31,850 nucleotides of DNA, from positions 1 to 31,850 of the forward strand of contig DASCPX010000205.1 of the NCBI GenBank assembly GCA_036012755.1. The letters are read 5' to 3'. Shown here piece by piece: positions 18,306 to 28,277 of the stretch (the first letter of the stretch is position 1; every line of letters starts with the position of its first letter). Position numbers and translations under genes: made by a program. This DNA is from Myxococcota bacterium (GTDB lineage: Bacteria; Myxococcota_A; UBA796; CAJQPC01). The notes below the pieces were generated by a model, which saw only the letters and a list, made by a program, of their open reading frames with translations, did no database searches and had not been told where the DNA came from.

Positions 18306-19531
18306 GCATGAGCACGATGTCCGTCGGTGGTCTCGAGCTCCCGGTCGAGCTCGTCGGGTCCAGCTGGCCGGACCCCCACCTCGACATCGACGACTACGAC
18401 CCCGAGTCGGACCTGATGGCCCTGAACATGGGCCCCCAGCACCCCTCGACCCACGGGGTGTTGAGGGTGAAGCTGTACATCGACGGCGAGATCTGCGTGA
18501 AGTGCGTGCCCTACCTGGGCTACCTCCACCGCGGCGTCGAGAAGCTCTGCGAGAAGCTCACCTACGTGCAGATCCCCAGCGTGGTCGACAAGAACGACTA
18601 CGTCTCGCCGATGATGAACGAGCTGGCCGTCTGCATGGCCTTCGAGAAGCTCCTCGGGCTCGAAGTACCCGAGCGAGCGCTCGTGATGCGGACTGTCATC
18701 GCGGAGCTCCAGCGGCTGGCCTCCCACCTCTTGTGGCTGGGGACCTGGGGCCTGGACATGGGGGGCGCGATCGGCGGCGGCGGCACGCTCTTCCTCCACA
18801 CCTTCCGGGAGCGAGAGCTCTTCCTCGATGTCTTCGAGGACCTCACCGGTGGACGCTTCCACTACAACCACCACACCCCCGGCGGTCAGCGCCACGACAT
18901 CCCCACCGGCTGGCCCGACAAGGTCAAGGCGCTGATGACCTTCCTCGAGGGCCGGCTCTGCGAGTACGAGGACCTCACCGACAACCGGGTCTTCTTCGCG
19001 CGCACGAAGGGGGTCGGTGTCGTCGACCCCGTGCTGGCCATGGAGCTGGGCATCAGCGGACCGGTTGCCCGGGCAAGCGGCATCGACTTCGACCTGCGTC
19101 GGGACGAGCCCTACGCGGCCTACGACCGGGTCGAGCTGAACGTGCCCGTGGAGACCGCCGGGGACTGCTACGCCCGCTACCTCGTGCGGCTGGCCGAGAT
19201 GCGCGAGTCCATCCGCCTCGTCCGGTGCCTCATCGACGACATCCCAGAGGGCCCCATCTGTGGCTCCAAGATGGTGAAGCTGCCCGGCGCCCTCAAGCAC
19301 AAGAAGAAGGTCTTCGAGTCTGCCTACACCGCCATCGAGTCCCCCCGCGGCGAGCTCGGCACCTTCGTCATCGGCCAGCCGAAGAAGGCCAGCCCGTGGC
19401 GCTGCAAGATCCGGGCGCCCAGCTTCCACCTGGTCTCTCTGCTGCCCTACGTCTGCGTCGGCCAGATGATCTCCGACATCGTCGTCGTGCTCGGGAGCCT
19501 CGACCCGATCCTCGGAGAGGTGGATCGATGA
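18302..19531 (+). CDS. nuoD: NADH-quinone oxidoreductase subunit D
   Basis: [51 protein letters not shown]. No Ni-binding CxxC pairs. Start GTG 18302 or ATG 18308. Confidence 0.95.
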   Translation: MSMSTMSVGGLELPVELVGSSWPDPHLDIDDYDPESDLMALNMGPQHPSTHGVLRVKLYIDGEICVKCVPYLGYLHRGVEKLCEKLTYVQIPSVVDKNDYVSPMMNELAVCMAFEKLLGLEVPERALVMRTVIAELQRLASHLLWLGTWGLDMGGAIGGGGTLFLHTFRERELFLDVFEDLTGGRFHYNHHTPGGQRHDIPTGWPDKVKALMTFLEGRLCEYEDLTDNRVFFARTKGVGVVDPVLAMELGISGPVARASGIDFDLRRDEPYAAYDRVELNVPVETAGDCYARYLVRLAEMRESIRLVRCLIDDIPEGPICGSKMVKLPGALKHKKKVFESAYTAIESPRGELGTFVIGQPKKASPWRCKIRAPSFHLVSLLPYVCVGQMISDIVVVLGSLDPILGEVDR

Positions 19532-20502
19532 GCCTGGCGCTCACCCTGACGACCGGCCTGGTGTTGGGCACCGTCGTGATGGGCATCGCTGCCTATGCGA
19601 TCTGGTGGGAGCGCAAGTTCGCCGCTCGCATGCAGAGCCGCCCCGGGCCCACAGAGGTCGGTCCCTTCGGCCTGCTCCAGCCCATCGCAGACGGCATCAA
19701 GCTGGTCCAGAAGGAGATCATCATCCCGCGGGCCGCCAGCGCGGTCCTCTTCGTGATCTCGCCGGCGCTGGCCGCCATCGGAACGCTCGCGCTGTTCGCG
19801 GTCATCCCCTGGTCCGAGTCGATCTCGGTGGCCGGAGAGCTGAACATCGGGCTGCTCTGGATCTTCGCCGTGGGCTCCCTGCTGGTCCTGCCACAGTGGA
19901 TGGCCGGCTGGGCGAGCAACAACAAGTACGCCCTGCTCGGAGCGATGCGCGCGGCTGCCCAGAGCATCTCCTACGAGATCCCGCTGGTCTTGGCTGGCAT
20001 GGTGCCGATCCTGCTCGCCGGCAGCTTCCAGATGGGCGACATCGTCGAGGCACAGGCGGGCTACCACTGGTTCGCCCTCTGGCCGCCGGGGCCCGGGGCG
20101 GTTGCCTTCGTGCTGTTCTACATCTGCAGCCTGGCCGAAGCCAACCGCATCCCCTTCGACATCCCAGAGGCCGAGTCAGAGCTCATCGGCGGCGTCACCA
20201 CCGAGCACACCGGCATGATCGGCGTGGTCCTGCAGCTCGCCGAGTACCTCCACACCCTGGTCACGGCCGCGGTCTGCGCGACCATCTTCTTCGGCGGCTG
20301 GGAGGGGCCCTTCGCCCCCGGGCTGCACTGGATGGCCATCAAGACCCTGGTGCTGTTCGCGGGCATGTTCTGGATCCGCTGGTCCTTCATGCGCTACCGC
20401 AGCGACCAGCTGCTGAAGATCTGCTGGCACTACCTCGTGCCGGTATCGCTGGCGCTCTTGGCCGTGACCGCCCTCTGGGTCCGCCTGGCGGAGGTTCCAT
20501 GA
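19528..20502 (+). CDS. nuoH: NADH-quinone oxidoreductase subunit H
   Basis: ERKFAARMQSRPGP, GLLQPIADGIKL, SNNKYALLGAMRAAAQSISYE, AEANRIPFDIPEAESEL. Confidence 0.95.
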   Translation: MSLALTLTTGLVLGTVVMGIAAYAIWWERKFAARMQSRPGPTEVGPFGLLQPIADGIKLVQKEIIIPRAASAVLFVISPALAAIGTLALFAVIPWSESISVAGELNIGLLWIFAVGSLLVLPQWMAGWASNNKYALLGAMRAAAQSISYEIPLVLAGMVPILLAGSFQMGDIVEAQAGYHWFALWPPGPGAVAFVLFYICSLAEANRIPFDIPEAESELIGGVTTEHTGMIGVVLQLAEYLHTLVTAAVCATIFFGGWEGPFAPGLHWMAIKTLVLFAGMFWIRWSFMRYRSDQLLKICWHYLVPVSLALLAVTALWVRLAEVP

Positions 20503-21017
20503 GCGAGCCTCGCCTGTTCCCCCTGTGGGACGCCCTGGTCGCGACGATCCGGACCATCGGGCGGCCGATGACCACGGAGCCCTTGCCCTGGAAGGGTGAG
20601 CGCCGGAGAGCCGACCGCTTCCGGGCCACCTTCGCGCTAGTCCACAACGAGCTCGGGGAAGAGGCCTGCATCGGCTGCAAGATGTGCCAGAAGATCTGCC
20701 CCTCCGATGTCATCACGGTCGTGCCGGCGGGCCGCCTGGAGAGCCCGGTCACCGGCAAGAAGCGGGGCTACTGCGAGGACTTCACGCTGGACCTGAGCGC
20801 CTGCCTGGTCTGCGAGCTCTGCGTCCAGGTCTGCCCAGAGGACTCCATCCTGATGCTGCGGGAGCTGCAGCCGGTGGGGTACTGCCGCGAGGACCTCGTC
20901 CTGAGCATGGAGCGGCTCTACGACAACGAGAAGCCGGACCGGCTCGCGTGGCACTCGGGCTCGGTCTTCGCCGAGATGCAGGACCCGAAGCGTGGCCTGC
21001 CGGAGACCGACTCGTGA
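20499..21017 (+). CDS. nuoI: NADH-quinone oxidoreductase subunit I (2x[4Fe-4S])
   Basis: CIGCKMCQKICP and CLVCELCVQVCP; position in the operon. Confidence 0.93.
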   Translation: MSEPRLFPLWDALVATIRTIGRPMTTEPLPWKGERRRADRFRATFALVHNELGEEACIGCKMCQKICPSDVITVVPAGRLESPVTGKKRGYCEDFTLDLSACLVCELCVQVCPEDSILMLRELQPVGYCREDLVLSMERLYDNEKPDRLAWHSGSVFAEMQDPKRGLPETDS

Positions 21018-21496
21018 TCGTCTTCGCCATCGTCGCGCTGATCCTGCTCGGCTCGGCCGTCGCCGTGATCCGCTCGACCGACCTGATCAACACGGCCCTG
21101 TTCCTCGGGGTGGTGCTGCTGGCTACCGCCGGGGCCTACGTGGCGCTCGAAGCAGACTTCGTCGCCGCCGTGCAGCTGATGCTCTACACCGCCGGCGTCA
21201 TCACCCTGATGCTCTTCGCCGTCATGCTCACAGAGCGCCTCTCGGGCAGTCGCATCCGGATCGAGTCACGCGGTTGGGCCAGAGGGCTGCTCGTCGGTGT
21301 CGGCTTCTTCGCGGTGGTCGCCTACGCCATCCTCCAGACCGAGGTCCCGACCGGGACTGCGCTGACCGCGCCAGACTCCAAGCTCCTCGGCGAGCTCTTC
21401 CTCACCCGCCACGTCGCGGCCTTCGAGGCCCTCTCGGCGCTCTTGCTGGCCGCGATGATCGGCGCCATCGTGCTCGCGCGGAAGAGGGACGCATGA
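21014..21496 (+). CDS. nuoJ: NADH-quinone oxidoreductase subunit J
   Basis: ADFVAAVQLMLYTAGVITLMLFAVML, FEALSALLLAAMIGAIVLA. Confidence 0.92.
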   Translation: MIVFAIVALILLGSAVAVIRSTDLINTALFLGVVLLATAGAYVALEADFVAAVQLMLYTAGVITLMLFAVMLTERLSGSRIRIESRGWARGLLVGVGFFAVVAYAILQTEVPTGTALTAPDSKLLGELFLTRHVAAFEALSALLLAAMIGAIVLARKRDA

Positions 21497-21798
21497 CGGT
21501 CCCCCTCCAGGCCTGGCTCCTGCTCGCGGCCGCCCTCTTCGGGGTCGGCCTGGTGGGCCTGCTCACGCGCAAGAACGCCGTGGCGATGCTGATCTCGGTC
21601 GAGCTGATGGCCAACGCGGTGAACCTGAACCTCGTCGCCCTCGGCTTCTTCAGGGGGGACCACACCGGCCAGGTGCTCGCCCTGTTCGGGATCGCCCTGA
21701 CCGTGGCAGAGGTCATCGTCGGCCTGGCCATCGTCATCCTGCTGCACCGGGTCGCGCGGACCATCGACGTCGACCAGACCACGGAGCTCTCCGGATGA
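21493..21798 (+). CDS. nuoK: NADH-quinone oxidoreductase subunit K
   Basis: RKNAVAMLISVELMANAVNLNLV, GQVLALF, AEVIVGLAI. Confidence 0.93.
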   Translation: MTVPLQAWLLLAAALFGVGLVGLLTRKNAVAMLISVELMANAVNLNLVALGFFRGDHTGQVLALFGIALTVAEVIVGLAIVILLHRVARTIDVDQTTELSG

Positions 21799-23621
21799 GC
21801 GCGCCGGTCCTGGTCATCCTCTTCGGCCCCGTCGCAGTCTTCCTGCTGCTCGCGGTGGCCAGGCCCTTGCGCGAGCGCGGAGGCCTGGCCGGGCTCCTGG
21901 TCGTGGCGGTCACCGCCAGCACCCTGTGGGCAGCGGGGGACCTGTTGTCAGAGGTCTACGTCAGCGGCGAGACCCAGGAATACACCCTGCGCTGGATGTC
22001 CGTCGCCGGGCTGGACTTCGCCCAGATCGGCTACCGGGTGGACGGGGTGAGCGCCGGCATGGCGGTGGTGGTGAGCACCGTCGCGCTCTGCGTCCAGGTC
22101 TACTCCCTGGGCTACCTCCGCGGCGAGGCGCCAGCCAGCATCGGGCGCTACTTCAGCTGGCAGGCGCTCTTCGTCTTCGCGATGCAGTCCCTGGTGCTCG
22201 CGCCAAACCTGCTCCAGCTCTTCATGGGATGGGAGCTCGTCGGCCTCTGCAGCTACCTGCTCATCGGCTACTACTGGCGGAAGAAGGAGGCCGGCAAGGC
22301 CAGCCTCAAGGCCTTCTGGGTCAACAAGTTCGGCGACTCCTTCCTGCTGTTGGGCCTCGTGGTCCTCGTCACCGCGACCGGCGGCTTCGGGTGGGACCTG
22401 CCGGCTGGCCTGGACCCGATGGTCGCCACCGCCATCGGGCTGTTGATCTTCGTCGGCGCCATGGCCAAGGCGGCCCAGGTGCCCCTGCACGTCTGGCTCC
22501 CCGACGCGATGGCCGGCCCCACACCGGTCTCGGCGCTGCTCCACGCCGCCACGATGGTGGCCGCCGGTGTCTACATCGTGGTCCGGGGCTGGCCGCTGTT
22601 CGAGGCCTCCGAGACGACGCTGACCGTGATGGTGTGGGTGGGCTCGATCACTGCGCTGTCAGCTGGTTTCTTTGCCCTGCTGCAGGACGACGTGAAGAAG
22701 CTCCTGGCGTTCTCGACCTGCTCGCAGCTCGGCTACATGATGGCCGCCCTCGGCGCCGGCTCGATGAGCGCCGGGTACTTCCACCTGACCACCCACGCCT
22801 TCTTCAAGGCGCTCTTGTTCCTGGCCGCGGGCGCGCTGATCCACGCGGTCCACAGCAACAACATGTCCAGGATGGGCGGGCTCGCGAAGTCCATGCCCGT
22901 GACCTTCGTCCTGTTCACCATCGGCGCCCTGGCGCTGGCTGGCTTCCCGGGGGTGTCGGGCTTCTTCAGCAAGGACATGGTGCTGGAGGCACTCCACAAC
23001 GGCACCCACACGGACCCGACGCTCTGGGGCCCGCTGGTGCTCCTGCTGATCGGCGTCGCGGTGACCGCGCTCTACATGACGCGCGCGGTGCTGCTCATCT
23101 TCTTCGGCGAGGCAGCGACCAAGGGCCACCGCCCCGAGCTCTCGATGCTCCTGCCGATGCTCGTGTTGGCCGTGCCATCGGTGGTGATCGGCCTGTGGGT
23201 CGGGGACTTCCGGAGCATGGTCGGAGAGCCCGGGGACTCGGCCGCGGAGATGGTCTCCCACTTCGTCGGCCTCCCGGCGGTGGCCACGGCGATGGCCTTT
23301 GGGGGCTTCGCCCTCGGCATCATCGAGCATCGACGCGGCAGCCTCCCCGCTCCGGCGGGTCTCGCGGACTGGCTCAGGGGACGCCCGCTGGACAGCTTCT
23401 ACGAGTGGGTCTGGAACAAGGCGGTGCTCGTCGGCGCCCGCGGGGTGGCCTGGCTGGACCGCTACGTCATCGACGCCACCATGAACCTCGTCGGATGGTC
23501 GGCGCTACAGAGCGGTGACCGAGCCCGCCGGGTCCATACCGGCGGCGCCGCGGACTACATCTGGGCGATCGGAATGGGCGTGCTGGTGCTCGCGGCCTTC
23601 GCCGTCCTGGGTGTGGGCTGA
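21795..23621 (+). CDS. nuoL: NADH-quinone oxidoreductase subunit L
   Basis: GWELVGLCSYLLIGYY, KAAQVPLHVWLPDAMAGPTPVSALLHAATMV, HLTTHAFFKALLFL, GFFSKD. Confidence 0.95.
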   Translation: MSAPVLVILFGPVAVFLLLAVARPLRERGGLAGLLVVAVTASTLWAAGDLLSEVYVSGETQEYTLRWMSVAGLDFAQIGYRVDGVSAGMAVVVSTVALCVQVYSLGYLRGEAPASIGRYFSWQALFVFAMQSLVLAPNLLQLFMGWELVGLCSYLLIGYYWRKKEAGKASLKAFWVNKFGDSFLLLGLVVLVTATGGFGWDLPAGLDPMVATAIGLLIFVGAMAKAAQVPLHVWLPDAMAGPTPVSALLHAATMVAAGVYIVVRGWPLFEASETTLTVMVWVGSITALSAGFFALLQDDVKKLLAFSTCSQLGYMMAALGAGSMSAGYFHLTTHAFFKALLFLAAGALIHAVHSNNMSRMGGLAKSMPVTFVLFTIGALALAGFPGVSGFFSKDMVLEALHNGTHTDPTLWGPLVLLLIGVAVTALYMTRAVLLIFFGEAATKGHRPELSMLLPMLVLAVPSVVIGLWVGDFRSMVGEPGDSAAEMVSHFVGLPAVATAMAFGGFALGIIEHRRGSLPAPAGLADWLRGRPLDSFYEWVWNKAVLVGARGVAWLDRYVIDATMNLVGWSALQSGDRARRVHTGGAADYIWAIGMGVLVLAAFAVLGVG

Positions 23622-25150
23622 TGGGCCTGCTCTCACTGATCATCCTCGCGCCGCTGGCGGCGGCCGTGCTCTTGCTGCTGATCCCCCAGGACAACCGAGG
23701 CGCCGTCCGCCTGGTCAGCCTCGCCGGGGCCTCGACCAGCCTGGTCGGGAGCCTGGTCGCGGCCTTCCGCTATGACCTCGCCCTCGGCGGTGTGCAGCTG
23801 CGCGAGCAGATCGACATCGTGCCCTCGATGGGCATCGCCTGGAAGCTCGGCGCCGACGGCTGGGGCATCGCGCTGCTCTTGCTCACGGCGATCATCATCT
23901 TCGCAGGGGTCTTCGCCTCCTGGACCATGAAGACACGCGAGAAGCAGTTCTACGCGCTGCTGTTGCTGCTGGTCACAGGTGTCTTCGGGGTCTTCGTCAG
24001 CCTCGATCTCTTCGTCTTCTTCCTGTTCTACGAGATCGCCGTGTTGCCGATGTACCTGCTCATCGGCATCTGGGGCAGCAGCAAGGAGGTTCCGTCTTCA
24101 GGGCCCCTCGCTTTCGTCTGGAGGCGCCTGGACATCGGCGGGCGCGAGTACGCCGCGATGAAGCTCACCCTGATGCTGCTGTTGGGCTCGGCGCTCATCC
24201 TCGCCGCCTTCCTCGGCATGGTCAGCGAAGCCGGCGGCGACAGCTGGGACCTGGAGGTCATCCAGGAGCACGGCTTCTCCAGCGACCTGCAGAAGTGGGC
24301 CTTCCCGGCGCTGTGGGTGGGCTTCGGCAGCCTCGCGGGGCTCTTCCCCTTCCACACCTGGTCACCGGACGGCCACGCCTCGGCCCCGACCGCAGTGTCG
24401 ATGCTGCACGCCGGCGTGCTCATGAAGCTGGGCGCCTTCGGCCTGATCAGGGTGGGCATGGTCTGCCTGCCAGAGGGCACCGAGATGTGGGTCTGGGCGG
24501 TCGGAACCATCGCCGTGATCAACGTGGTCTGGGGAGCGCTCAGCGCCGCGGGCCAGACGGACCTGAAGTACGTCGTCGCCTACAGCTCGGTCAGCCACAT
24601 GGGCATCGTGCTGCTCGGCGCTGCCACCCTGACCACCGCAGGGTGGAACGGCGCCGTCTTCCAGATGGTCGCCCACGGGGTGATGACCGGACTGTTCTTC
24701 GCCCTGGTCGGCCTGATCTACGAGCGGGCCCACCACCGCGAGATCTTCGAGATGGGAGGCTTCGCCTCGAAGATGCCCGCCGTCGCCGTCTTCTTCACCC
24801 TGGCCGGGCTCTCCAGCCTCGGCCTGCCGGCCCTGGCGGGCTTCGCCGCGGAGCTCCTGGTCTTCGTCGGCGCCTGGCAGTCCGCCTCACCGTGGTGGGC
24901 CATCCCGGCGATCCTCGGCGCCTTCATCACCGCGCTCTACGTGCTGCGGGCGGTGCGGGCCATCTTCTGGGGCGAGGGGCCACCTCCCGGGACCGACGAC
25001 CTGCGTGACGCGGAGGGCACCGAGCTGGTGGCGCTGGTGTTGCTCGGGGGCTGCCTCGTGCTCTTCGGCGTCGCACCGGACCTCCTCGTGCAGTACATCG
25101 ACGTCGCCACCTCCGAGTGGCTGCCCAAGGTGCTCGGGGGGACGCCGTGA
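23621..25150 (+). CDS. nuoM: NADH-quinone oxidoreductase subunit M
   Basis: FFLFYEIAVLPMYLLIGIWG, PFHTWSPDGHASAPT, LMKLGAFG, AYSSVSHMG, SLGLPALAGFAAE. Confidence 0.95.
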   Translation: MGLLSLIILAPLAAAVLLLLIPQDNRGAVRLVSLAGASTSLVGSLVAAFRYDLALGGVQLREQIDIVPSMGIAWKLGADGWGIALLLLTAIIIFAGVFASWTMKTREKQFYALLLLLVTGVFGVFVSLDLFVFFLFYEIAVLPMYLLIGIWGSSKEVPSSGPLAFVWRRLDIGGREYAAMKLTLMLLLGSALILAAFLGMVSEAGGDSWDLEVIQEHGFSSDLQKWAFPALWVGFGSLAGLFPFHTWSPDGHASAPTAVSMLHAGVLMKLGAFGLIRVGMVCLPEGTEMWVWAVGTIAVINVVWGALSAAGQTDLKYVVAYSSVSHMGIVLLGAATLTTAGWNGAVFQMVAHGVMTGLFFALVGLIYERAHHREIFEMGGFASKMPAVAVFFTLAGLSSLGLPALAGFAAELLVFVGAWQSASPWWAIPAILGAFITALYVLRAVRAIFWGEGPPPGTDDLRDAEGTELVALVLLGGCLVLFGVAPDLLVQYIDVATSEWLPKVLGGTP

Positions 25151-26553
25151 CCTACGCGATCGGTCCCCTCTGGCTGGAGCTGGGCGTGCTGTCGGTGGCC
25201 GGCCTGGTCTTCGTCGCCGACCTCCTGATGGGCAAGAAGCGGGGCCTCGGGACGCTCTCCGCGGTGGGGCTCGCCGCCCTCTTGATGGCATCGTTCTTCG
25301 TCGAGGTCGAGGGCGCGGCGCTCTTCGACACCTACATGGCTGACGCCTCGGGCCTGTTCTTCAAGCGGGTGCTGCTCTTGGCTGGCGCGCTGGCATCTGT
25401 CGGGACCATCGACCACGTCGACCGCTGCTACCCGAAGCGCCAGGGCGAGCACTACCTGATGGTGCTGTTGTCCCTGTCCGGGATGATGCTCCTGACGGGG
25501 GCCCAGGACCTGCTCTTGTGGGTCGTCGGCTTCGAGCTGTCGGGGATCCCACTGGCGGTCCTCGCGGCGATGTCGAAGGACCGACGCTCTGCCGAGGCAT
25601 CGCTCAAGCTGTTGTTGTCCGGAGCGGCCAGCTCGGCGGTGACGCTCTACGGCATCAGCTTCCTATGGGGGCTCTCGGGGGACACGGCCTTTGCGGGACT
25701 CGCCGGTGTCGAGGCCTCGCCGCTGCTGTCTCTGGGAGTCGTCCTGATCCTCGGAGGCATCTCCTTCAAGGTCGGCTTGGTGCCCTTCCACCTCTGGATC
25801 CCAGACACCTACGAGGGAGCCCCGGCGCCAGCGGTGGCCTTCATGTCCGTGGCGCCGAAGATCGCCGTGGTCGCCAGCCTCGCACGCTTGCTGGGCACGG
25901 GCCTGTCGCCACACGCCGAGCTCTGGATCACGCCCCTGGTGGCGCTGGCCGTGGTCACCCTCGTCGTGGGCAACCTCACGGCGCTCACCCAGAGAGATGC
26001 CAGGCGCATGCTGGCTCTCTCCGGCGTCGGTCACATGGGCCTGATGTTCCTGGCGCTGGTGGTCGGGGGACCAGAGGCCATCGGCGCCCTGATGTTCTAC
26101 GCGCTGGCCTACGTGGTCACGAACATGGGCGCCTTCTTCGTCGTGGGGCTCGTGGCGGACGACCGTGGCGGCAAGCTGGTCGACTTCAACGGCCTCGTCA
26201 AGCGCTCGCCGGCGCTGTCGACCGCGATGCTCGTCTTCCTCTTCAGCCTTGGCGGCATCCCTTTTTTGGTCGGCTTCTGGGCCAAGCTCTTCGTCTTCTG
26301 GTCGGCCTGGATCGGGGGCTACGAGCTCATCGTCGTGCTCGGTGTGCTCATCGCCGTGTTGGCGCTGTTCTACTACCTGCGCCTCGCCCGGGCGATCTTC
26401 ATGGAGAAGACGGACAACCCCGACGCGGTGCCCGTGGGCTGGCCATCGCTGATCGCCGTGGCCCTGTGCGCCTTGTTCACGGTGGGACTCGGCATCGTCC
26501 CCGGCCCCTTCATCGAGGCCGCAATCGACGCCGCCGGCACGCTCCTGAACTGA
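25147..26553 (+). CDS. nuoN: NADH-quinone oxidoreductase subunit N
   Basis: EASLKL, FKVGLVPFHLWIPDTYEGAP, SVAPK, SLGGIPFLVGFWAK, FYYLR. GTG 25147 overlaps the nuoM stop. Confidence 0.93.
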   Translation: MTYAIGPLWLELGVLSVAGLVFVADLLMGKKRGLGTLSAVGLAALLMASFFVEVEGAALFDTYMADASGLFFKRVLLLAGALASVGTIDHVDRCYPKRQGEHYLMVLLSLSGMMLLTGAQDLLLWVVGFELSGIPLAVLAAMSKDRRSAEASLKLLLSGAASSAVTLYGISFLWGLSGDTAFAGLAGVEASPLLSLGVVLILGGISFKVGLVPFHLWIPDTYEGAPAPAVAFMSVAPKIAVVASLARLLGTGLSPHAELWITPLVALAVVTLVVGNLTALTQRDARRMLALSGVGHMGLMFLALVVGGPEAIGALMFYALAYVVTNMGAFFVVGLVADDRGGKLVDFNGLVKRSPALSTAMLVFLFSLGGIPFLVGFWAKLFVFWSAWIGGYELIVVLGVLIAVLALFYYLRLARAIFMEKTDNPDAVPVGWPSLIAVALCALFTVGLGIVPGPFIEAAIDAAGTLLN

Positions 26554-26557
26554 GCTC

Positions 26558-27676
26558 TCAGCGCGGGACGGCCAGCCAGACCGGTCCCTCGTCGCCCCAG
26601 ATGCGCAAGGCGTACGGGGGGGCGGGCTCCTCGATCGGGATCACCATCACGCCCACCTCGCCTGCCTCCAGCGTGCGGTAGCGATCGTCGTCCTCGTCGA
26701 TGGGCAGCAGCACACCGGCCGAGCTCACCGTGCCCGAGCCGTCGACGACCTCGATGCGGGGAGAGCCGGTGCCGACCCCGACCTGGACCTCGATGCCGCA
26801 CTTCGACCAGAGACCGTAGCGGCGGTATCCGAGCCAGCGCGGGCACTCCATCGGGTGGGCGACAAACCGGGAGTCGTCCACCTGCACCTGGTCGGGCCAG
26901 GTGCCGTGGGCCTCGGTCATCGCGCCGCCGATGCTCTGTCGGAAGAGCTCCTGGGCGGAGTCCACACGTTCGACGCACTCGCGCACGCGGGGCTCGCCCC
27001 AGCCCACCACGCTCGCAGCCGAGCGCAAGGGCGGACGCGGATCGTCCGTGGTGGCGCTGCCGAAATCGCTCGCGGAGAGGTCCACCTCGCGCTGCTCGAA
27101 CAGCGGCTGGAGCTCATCGGCGCGATCGAGCTGGCTCAGGAGCTCGGCCTCGACGAGCTCGTCGGGCACAGCCAGGCACTGACCCTCCGAGCTCTCTGAC
27201 AACAGGGCCAGTGGCAGCTCGCCCGCGTAGCCGGCGTGCATCGTGTCGAAGGTGACCTTGCGGAACACGCCGCGGTCCTGGAGCGAGACACCGATGCCCT
27301 CTGTGTCGCGGAGCGAGACCGCCGGGGCGCCGAAGTGGACGCTGGTGCTGTCGTCCGGACCGTGACTGAGCACCCCCTGGTCCCCGATGGTCATCCAGAC
27401 GTCCATGTCCGGGCGGGTCGTGTCGTGTCCCCGGAGATCGGCGAGGATCCTCTGGCGATCACCGCGGTGGGTGGTGGTCGCCTCGCAGACGAGCAAGGCG
27501 CCATCGAGCTCGCCGGAGAAGGGCTCGCCGAGATGGAGGAGGCGCCCCGGTGGCGGTGGCGCGTAGCCCTCGTGGTCGGCCCAGGCGGGCTTCAGCCAGG
27601 CGCTGCCGGCAGGAGTGTGGGGTTCGGGCACCGCTGTGACGGGCGCCCCGGACAGACAGGAGATGGTAGCGAGCAT
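26558..27676 (-). CDS. Hypothetical protein, possible lipoprotein
   Basis: 372-aa ORF convergent on nuoN; MLATISC N-terminus; beta-rich region weakly reminiscent of a C2-like sandwich. Confidence 0.65.
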   Translation of the reverse strand: MLATISCLSGAPVTAVPEPHTPAGSAWLKPAWADHEGYAPPPPGRLLHLGEPFSGELDGALLVCEATTTHRGDRQRILADLRGHDTTRPDMDVWMTIGDQGVLSHGPDDSTSVHFGAPAVSLRDTEGIGVSLQDRGVFRKVTFDTMHAGYAGELPLALLSESSEGQCLAVPDELVEAELLSQLDRADELQPLFEQREVDLSASDFGSATTDDPRPPLRSAASVVGWGEPRVRECVERVDSAQELFRQSIGGAMTEAHGTWPDQVQVDDSRFVAHPMECPRWLGYRRYGLWSKCGIEVQVGVGTGSPRIEVVDGSGTVSSAGVLLPIDEDDDRYRTLEAGEVGVMVIPIEEPAPPYALRIWGDEGPVWLAVPR

Positions 27677-27775
27677 GGACTGGAACGTGTTCTCGCCATG
27701 TGGACTGAAGATGAACCGGGGGGCAAAACGTAAGCGTTGGGGACCCTGAGTCGATCTCTGGTCACGGAGAATGCG

Positions 27776-28261
27776 ATGGAAGCCCTGAGAGACACCTTCG
27801 GCCTCGGCATCGGCAAGATGCGTCTACACCTGGTGAGCCGTGAAGCCCCCGTCGGGGAGCTCGTACGCGGCCGCATCGAGCTCGACCTCGATCGCGTCGT
27901 CGAGGCCGACCGCCTCACCGTCGCCGTCATCGCCATGCAGCGGGTCGTCGGCGTGGACTTCGTGCGTCGAGGCGCGCCCCTGAGCACCCGCAAGCTGCCC
28001 GTCGTCAAGCGGGAGATCGAGCTCGAAGCCGACGCCATCTACCGCAGCGGCGGCTACGACTTCGCCATCGAGGTGCCAGTGGTGAACTGGGGCAAGCCGA
28101 TGGGGCTGCCAGAGGGCCTCGCGGAGGTGGTCGGCATCGTCTCGGCCATCACGACTCCTGTCCGTTTCCCGCTGGAGTGGTTCGTCGAGGGGCGCCTCCA
28201 TCGGACCTGGAAGATCGATCTGAAGGAGCGCGTCGGGATCACCGTGGAAGGCGCCGACTGA
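27776..28261 (+). CDS. Spo0M/arrestin-N-like beta-sandwich protein
   Basis: FGLGIGKMRLHL...GELVRGRIEL...YDFAIEVP...WFVEGRL pattern. GGAG 6 nt before ATG 27776. Confidence 0.6.
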   Translation: MEALRDTFGLGIGKMRLHLVSREAPVGELVRGRIELDLDRVVEADRLTVAVIAMQRVVGVDFVRRGAPLSTRKLPVVKREIELEADAIYRSGGYDFAIEVPVVNWGKPMGLPEGLAEVVGIVSAITTPVRFPLEWFVEGRLHRTWKIDLKERVGITVEGAD

Positions 28262-28277
28262 GGGGATAAGATGCCGC

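Noticed and set aside
16748..26553. Group 4 [NiFe]-hydrogenase or double-NuoM complex
   Set aside because: NuoD has no CxxC Ni ligands and ends GEVDR; NuoB has the tandem CC; only one nuoM is present.
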